DNA of 62,696 nucleotides, filler included, from Rhabdomonas costata (Eukaryota): NCBI GenBank assembly GCA_019059605.1. It is 26 parts of 26 records of this genome, joined end to end, with 100 filler letters (N's around TTAATTAATTAA, not from the genome) between each part and the next. Parts side by side here need not be neighbours in the genome. Positions count along the whole stretch, not along the records: positions 57,978 to 60,282 come from JAHMHO010004095.1; positions 60,383 to 62,696 come from JAHMHO010004096.1; 24 more parts are not named here. One strand, given 5' to 3'. A program made the position numbers and the translations under genes. This document shows, piece after piece, positions 59,713-62,696 of this stretch. The notes beneath the pieces are model-generated. The model was given only the letters and a program-made list of their open reading frames with translations, was not told where the DNA came from and searched no databases. Within the stretch, counting starts at the first letter, position 1, and each line of letters begins with the position of its first letter.

Positions 59713-62073
59713 TAGCGTGCACATTAGAGTTTATATGCACCTATTCACAACAGGTCTCGGCCGACCTCTTTTCCTTTTAATGGTATTCTTTTTCCAGCAA
59801 GTTCACTGTTCTTCTGACTGAAGAATCAGCCTGACGAAACGTCGTGAAACAATCAAGCATTCAAACACTACAGGATCAGGATTATTACAACGAGTTGGAG
59901 GGTTGCCAATCCTGTGGGAAAAGGAGGAGCTGAACTGCAGCGGCACACAATTCTCTGGACAGCTTCATCCAACGATGGCTGGAGAGGCACTGGAGAGTCA
60001 GGGAGCCACACCGAAGGGCGTGACTCGTAACGTGCCAAAAAAACAACACAGAATAAAAATAGGAAGCCCAATGTACAACTCTAGGAACACTCCTTTTGCC
60101 CCTCTTCAACTAGCCCCACTAATCACTTCTTCGCCTTCTTGGGGGAGCCTTGAGAGCTGGAACCTCCCTTTTTGTACTCCTCCATCTCCTTTTCATATCG
60201 GTCCTTCTCCCTCTTCTGCTTCTTGTCAGCCTTCTCTCCCTTAGCAGGCATTATCAGCAGAAAAAGGTGGCACTAAAAGAAGNNNNNNNNNNNNNNNNNN
60301 NNNNNNNNNNNNNNNNNNNNNNNNNNTTAATTAATTAANNNNNNNNNNNNNNNNNNNNNNNNNNNNNNNNNNNNNNNNNNNNGTCTCCGACCTCCTGCGC
60401 TGGACGAGCGCTCTCGCAGCCTGAGCTCCGATGCGATCAAGTCAAGCCGGGGCTCGCGAGGTGGATTTTTTGGAAGGGGGGCTGTGTGAGCTTCGGTGTT
60501 GCGGGCTCATTTTGGACGCTGGGTGTTTTCTAGGGCTGCGAGCATCTCCGCCTTCAACAATACTTGTGAAACGTCAGCGGAGTGCCGCAGGGTGCAATTT
60601 TCGGAGCAAATCCTCGGATACGCACTTTTCGTGAACTCAGGTACTACTAAGGCAGTCAGGAAAGGCTCCTCGCGGCTCAAAAAGTGCACTGAGTTTGTGC
60701 TGCAAAAATCAGGACTTATGGCGCGACTGAACGGCTCTACCCAAACAGAGCAAAATTGCTGCTGTGAAAACGAAAAAGAAACAATGTAAATCGAATTTCG
60801 TGTCAAAATTACTGAATTGCAAACCAAGGCATTCCTTGTAACTCTCTCAGCACGCCATGAGAAGAAGGGCGCGCGTACTCCCAGCGGCTCTTCGCTGTGC
60901 ATCCCGTCCCTGGAAAGTCTCGAAGCAGGTGATGTTGTTTCTGCGGAGAACTCTCGTTTCTTTTGGTTTGACCTACGCTTACATTTCCCTCAATTGGAAC
61001 ACCCTTGCTTCACCAGATTCCAGCCGAGAAAGGGAACAGTGGTTATTGCTCCTGTGGATTTCTCCTATTTCGTCTCCTGAAAGGGGGTACTGGACTTATA
61101 TTTTAGTCTTATTGGGACCGTTTTCCGTAACATGGCTGATGACCATCCGGTGAGCGGCCGCAGCTCCGTTTCCGTCTTTTGTGTGCAGGCCAAGGCTCTG
61201 TGAAGGGCAGCATGGTGTGCTTGCTTTGACTCTGAGGGCTTTTTTGGTGTTTGGTCTTGCTTTGGAAGACTTGGTCTCGGGTAGACACGCCTCCTTATGG
61301 GCAGACGCCGTTTGGCAATGTTTCGAAACTAACTCCAAGTTTTGGGTGTCCGTAGGCAGAAAGGCTGCAAAAGACGACATCCCATCCCATCCCATTTTTT
61401 TTCCTGCGGAAGCCCCTTTGTTGTCACATTGGCGCCCGATTTTGTGTGGAGTTTGGAGTACATGACGTGGTATTCTTCTGCACTGCGACAGTGTTTGGAC
61501 ATTTTTTCGGTTGCTGCTATTTCGTTTGTTTTCTTGCAAAAGAAGCGAACCTTTGCAATAGGCCTCCTAAGCGCGCAAAGAACACCACCTTTTCCGTGAG
61601 CTGAGGGCTTTGGCCCGACCACTCAACGCAAAGTGCTTTACTCCCCTGCCCCCTCGCCAAACAGACTTCTCCTCCGAAGCTTCATCGGCGGAAGGCGGGA
61701 TCGATGGTCGCCTCTGGGGTTTGTGTTTGCCCTGCTCCCCGGGCTGCTTTTTCGTTGTGGTGTTTTTCCATCTCTCGGTGCCCGTGGACCAATAATGCTT
61801 TCATGACAGTTTTGTTGGATTAGGGTCATAAACGTTGCATTCATTTCACTTCCGAGTACTGTGTATAAACACTCAGAAGCCCAAAAATTCGGTAATGCAC
61901 GAGCGTTGCAATCACACGCGCTGCTAATGCAAGGTTGATGCCAATACTAAAACAACGAATGGTTACGTAACCTCAAATCGAAACCTAGTGCTCCATGCGC
62001 ATCTTATTCAATTTCACATGGTGTTCCCTTACCCCTTTACGTGTTTGCTCACTCCGTGTTTTCCCCCTGCAAG

Positions 62074-62476
62074 GTTGGAGATGGTTCCGCTTCGCTGACC
62101 ACCTCCCCCGAACTGGGACTGCTCGCGCTGCTGTCCGGACTGGCCTCTGCATCCACGGGGCCCAACCTGAATCCCCAGCACTTGCAACGGGCATGCATGC
62201 GCGTTGTATGGCCGTCCGATGTGCAAGGCTCATTTTTCTTTGTACGTGTATTTGCTCTGGTTTTCTGTACTTGCGGTTCTGCTTTTCTTTATGCCGCAGC
62301 GGCCTTTTCTGCAGGGTAAGTGTGTGTGTGTGTGTGTGTGTGAAATTTTGTGTCTGTGTCAACAGGTGCTGCGTGCCGTGGACCCCGTCGACACGGTGAT
62401 CTCGAAGACGGTGGAGCTCTTGGACGTCCTCAAAGGTGCATCCGGGCCCACGAGCAATTCTTTAGCGGCGCGCTAG
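62074..62476 (+). CDS. Hypothetical protein, last two probable exons
   Basis: Exon 62074 to about 62190 (VGDGSASLTTSPELGLLALLSGLASASTGPNLNPQHLQR) and terminal exon 62366-62476 (VLRAVDPVDTVISKTVELLDVLKGASGPTSNSLAAR*). The donor is ambiguous (CGG|GCATGC or CGC|GTTGTA). Confidence 0.45.
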
Positions 62477-62696
62477 TTTCCCCTGCAATTGCGTTGTGAG
62501 TTTTGTCATTAACTATTCCTATACGAGTGACCTTCGCCACCGCACTTGGATTTGCAACCGACACATCAGTGAACAGAGCAATGCAGGGCACGGAGTAGAC
62601 TGCCGCGTGCTTCATGGTTGCTTTGCTGCAGTGCTCAGGCGCGCAGTGTGCTCCGCATTCAAGGTCTACGAGCGCGACGGTGTGCCACCACAAACA

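Noticed and set aside
2317..60382. Regularly spaced TTAATTAATTAA as a CRISPR-like or biological repeat
   Set aside because: Always embedded in exactly 44+44 N; it is a synthetic six-frame stop linker.

Overview
This window is not one locus. It is 26 unrelated contigs of about 2.3 kb joined by 25 artificial 100-bp linkers (44 N + TTAATTAATTAA + 44 N), so neighbouring genes have no biological synteny. Most contigs start with G/T-only bases and end with C/A-only bases, which suggests primer-based whole-genome amplification. The DNA is from an intron-rich eukaryote, most likely a euglenozoan (probably a euglenid; a diplonemid is not excluded). That inference rests on a kinetoplastid-like Fe-SOD, a histone H1 lacking the globular domain, Cache/HAMP-type receptor cyclase fragments and candidate trans-splice acceptors. 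Genes rebuilt by splicing exons by hand: a complete 4-exon Fe-SOD on a contig with a 127-bp terminal repeat (probable tandem array), a complete histone H1, and partial genes for a SMYD-like SET protein, a divergent SBDS protein, a Rad54-like SNF2 ATPase, a Nudix hydrolase, an ABCB transporter, a Cache-TM-HAMP receptor, a class III nucleotidyl cyclase, a protein with two tandem MAPK-like domains and a TMEM62-like metallophosphoesterase. There is also an intronless, disrupted FBH1/UvrD-like helicase. The best leads are the double MAPK-like protein, the very degenerate 5' splice sites with GC-AG introns, the Fe-SOD repeat that ends exactly at an exon boundary, the helicase pseudogene, four contig-terminal hairpins and a dispersed repeat shared by two contigs. 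I found no CRISPR array, rRNA, tRNA or spliced-leader RNA gene, and no multi-gene novel system that I can support. All protein family calls come from recognising motifs by eye, not from database searches.
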